Source of the DNA: Clostridia bacterium
Lineage (GTDB): Bacteria > Bacillota > Clostridia > Oscillospirales > CAG-272
DNA: 57,365 nt
Direction of reading: 5' to 3'
Assembly (NCBI GenBank): GCA_017440665.1
Contig: JAFSGU010000073.1
Coordinates: 1 to 57,365, forward strand
The first letter of the stretch is position 1, and every line of letters begins with the position of its first letter. A program made the position numbers and the translations under genes. Below the pieces are notes generated by a model. It was not told the origin of the DNA and ran no database searches. It saw nothing but the letters and a program-made list of their open reading frames with translations. Below, in pieces: positions 55,786-57,365 of this stretch.

Positions 55786-56436
55786 TTATTTAACTGCCTT
55801 AATCGTGTATGTTGCTCCCCAATTTTTCAACACCTCAACAGAAGAAAAGCCCGCTTGCAGAAGTACTTCGGTTTCGTGTTTTACAGTAAGAGGGGTGTCA
55901 TAATGGTAAAATGCATCATCAGCAATTCCTTGCTCTGTTTTCAATGCAATCAAATTTTGTCGGTGCATCTGTTCTTCTTCATCGGATAATGAGAAGTAGT
56001 CTGTTAGTACAAAATATCCACCGTCTTTTAATGCCTTATGCAGTTTTGTATATAAAGGGACTTTTTCTTCCTTTGTAAAATGGTGCAAACTCTCCACCGA
56101 TACCGCACCATCAAACAAAGACACGTCAAAAGGTACATCAAAATAGGAATCGCAAATCAAAGTAATGTCTTTGTCGGGAAATTTCTTTTTTAGAGCCGAC
56201 AGCATTCCTTGCGATAAATCAATACCCATTACTCTTGCAGACGGATTTAGCAGATAGTATTCTTCCAACTCTAATCCTGTGCCACAACCCAAATCAAGTA
56301 TGTGGCAATTCTCGGTAGTTGGTAATTGCTTCGCCGTAAAGGGATAAAATTCTTCTGCGGATTCTATGTTGGTCAGCATATGCTCATCATACCCGTCAAG
56401 TCTTGCTTCAAAGAAATCACTCATCTTTTCAAGCAT
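55786..56436 (-). CDS. class I SAM-dependent methyltransferase
   Basis: ILDLGCGTGLE motif I and GGYFVLTD. Confidence 0.8.
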   Translation of the reverse strand: MLEKMSDFFEARLDGYDEHMLTNIESAEEFYPFTAKQLPTTENCHILDLGCGTGLELEEYYLLNPSARVMGIDLSQGMLSALKKKFPDKDITLICDSYFDVPFDVSLFDGAVSVESLHHFTKEEKVPLYTKLHKALKDGGYFVLTDYFSLSDEEEQMHRQNLIALKTEQGIADDAFYHYDTPLTVKHETEVLLQAGFSSVEVLKNWGATYTIKAVK

Positions 56437-56511
56437 ATCTTACCTCCGTCAAATTCAAGTTTGTCGAGAATATTATAGCATAAACAGCAGGAACGCAAAA
56501 GACGAACACAG

Positions 56512-57228
56512 TTACAAATATCGCCAGTTGGGTTGAACCTTCAGATACGTCACGTTGCCAGTCCACGAGATCGTGCTGTTCCCGGGCGGCAAAGTTGGAA
56601 AGTCACCGCTCATGCAGCTGTTCATGGGTGTCATACCGGAATATGCTTCCTGGAGCATAGAATCAATCGTGATCTCACCGTTCACATCAGAAAGCTCCAC
56701 AATGGTCATGTCAACGAACAGAGTAATCTCTCCGTTTCCGGTCACAGTAATGATCGGCTCAGAGGGCACATTCCCCGGATTCTGTATGGTGACATATCCG
56801 CTGGTACTGCCGCTGGCGGGCTGGATGTTCTTGGGTGCTACATCTGCCTCATACCAGAATGGCTTGCAGCGAAAGTTGATAGCGAAGGTTCTATGAGGAT
56901 TGCCGCGGAGGATCTTCTCAAACGGAATCTGGTTGATGATCCGGGCATAATAAAAGCCACCATCGCGGTTGGCGAAGGTGACGGTTCCGGAGCCGCGCAG
57001 CCACCCGGCGATCTCCTGGATTCTATCAGGGTCAGAGATCACACAGGTGGCTGTCAGCACCATATCCTCATATACATAGTCCCCTTCAAGAGTGGTCAGC
57101 GAACCGCTCCGTCCGGGGACATTGGTGAATGTGACACGCTCCTCCGGAATCGTGGGCGGAGGCTGTTCGGTCACGTAGATCCCATAGTCGGTGCATTTCA
57201 CACCGTTCCATTCAAACCATTCGTTCAT
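56512..57228 (-). CDS. phage distal tail protein (Dit, siphovirus tail component)
   Basis: MNEWFEWNGVKCTDYGIYV...NVPGRSGSL...FYYARI pattern typical of the phage tail family/Sipho_tail. ATGA-type overlap with the upstream ORF. Confidence 0.75.
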   Translation of the reverse strand: MNEWFEWNGVKCTDYGIYVTEQPPPTIPEERVTFTNVPGRSGSLTTLEGDYVYEDMVLTATCVISDPDRIQEIAGWLRGSGTVTFANRDGGFYYARIINQIPFEKILRGNPHRTFAINFRCKPFWYEADVAPKNIQPASGSTSGYVTIQNPGNVPSEPIITVTGNGEITLFVDMTIVELSDVNGEITIDSMLQEAYSGMTPMNSCMSGDFPTLPPGNSTISWTGNVTYLKVQPNWRYL

Positions 57229-57365
57229 GCCATTCTCAGCCCCTTTCCGCGCTGCTGGCGGCGCGTAAGCGTTGCAATCTCTACAGCAAGGGAACGGATA
57301 TCCTGTTCATCCCGGATGACCATCTGCGCCACCTGGATCGTAGAGCTTACATTATTATTGTAGGT
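57225..57365 (-). CDS. C-terminal end of a phage tape measure-like protein (partial; continues beyond the window)
   Basis: Open minus-strand frame ...TYNNNVSSTIQVAQMVIRDEQDIRSLAVEIATLTRRQQRGKGLRMA*. Position directly upstream of Dit. Confidence 0.5.
   Translation of the reverse strand, partial: TYNNNVSSTIQVAQMVIRDEQDIRSLAVEIATLTRRQQRGKGLRMA

Noticed and set aside
56533-57363. 276-aa plus-strand ORF
   Set aside because: It is antisense to the Dit-like and tape-measure ORFs, whose arrangement (overlapping stop/start) is the biologically sensible one.

Overview
Chromosomal segment of a Firmicutes/Clostridia-type genome, judged from spmAB, AbrB-type regulators, a T-box-controlled pheST operon and a split transketolase. 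It holds about 55 protein genes, mostly housekeeping: pepF, RNase J, U32 peptidase, uppP, an NSS transporter, a VanY-like peptidase, an ABC-F ATPase, tkt, wecB, ygiQ, uvrA, a ZIP transporter and a MoxR-DUF58 operon. I found no rRNA gene, no convincing tRNA gene and no CRISPR array. Five things stand out. (1) An orphan two-gene module (30375-34053) pairs a BrxD/DUF2791-like P-loop ATPase with an Lhr-like SF2 helicase, with no BREX or Shango partner genes; this is my best candidate for an uncharacterised defence or DNA-processing system. (2) Next to it is a lower-GC cassette with a REP-associated tyrosine transposase (RAYT)-like gene. GTAG-flanked REP-type hairpins lie just upstream of this gene and inside its coding sequence. 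A frameshifted paralogue downstream of pheT has the same feature, and an orphan hairpin sits at the window start. (3) A diverged direct duplication of about 755 bp (50052-50806 and 53638-54398) brackets 2.8 kb of cargo (PrsW-like protease, transglutaminase-like protein). It leaves a truncated MoxR pseudogene and a chimeric ORF, which is the pattern expected from Campbell-type insertion. (4) Multi-hairpin intergenic elements flank a CNNM/CorC gene. (5) A prophage remnant at the right edge stops abruptly after the distal tail protein gene. All family assignments come from motif recognition by eye; no searches were run.
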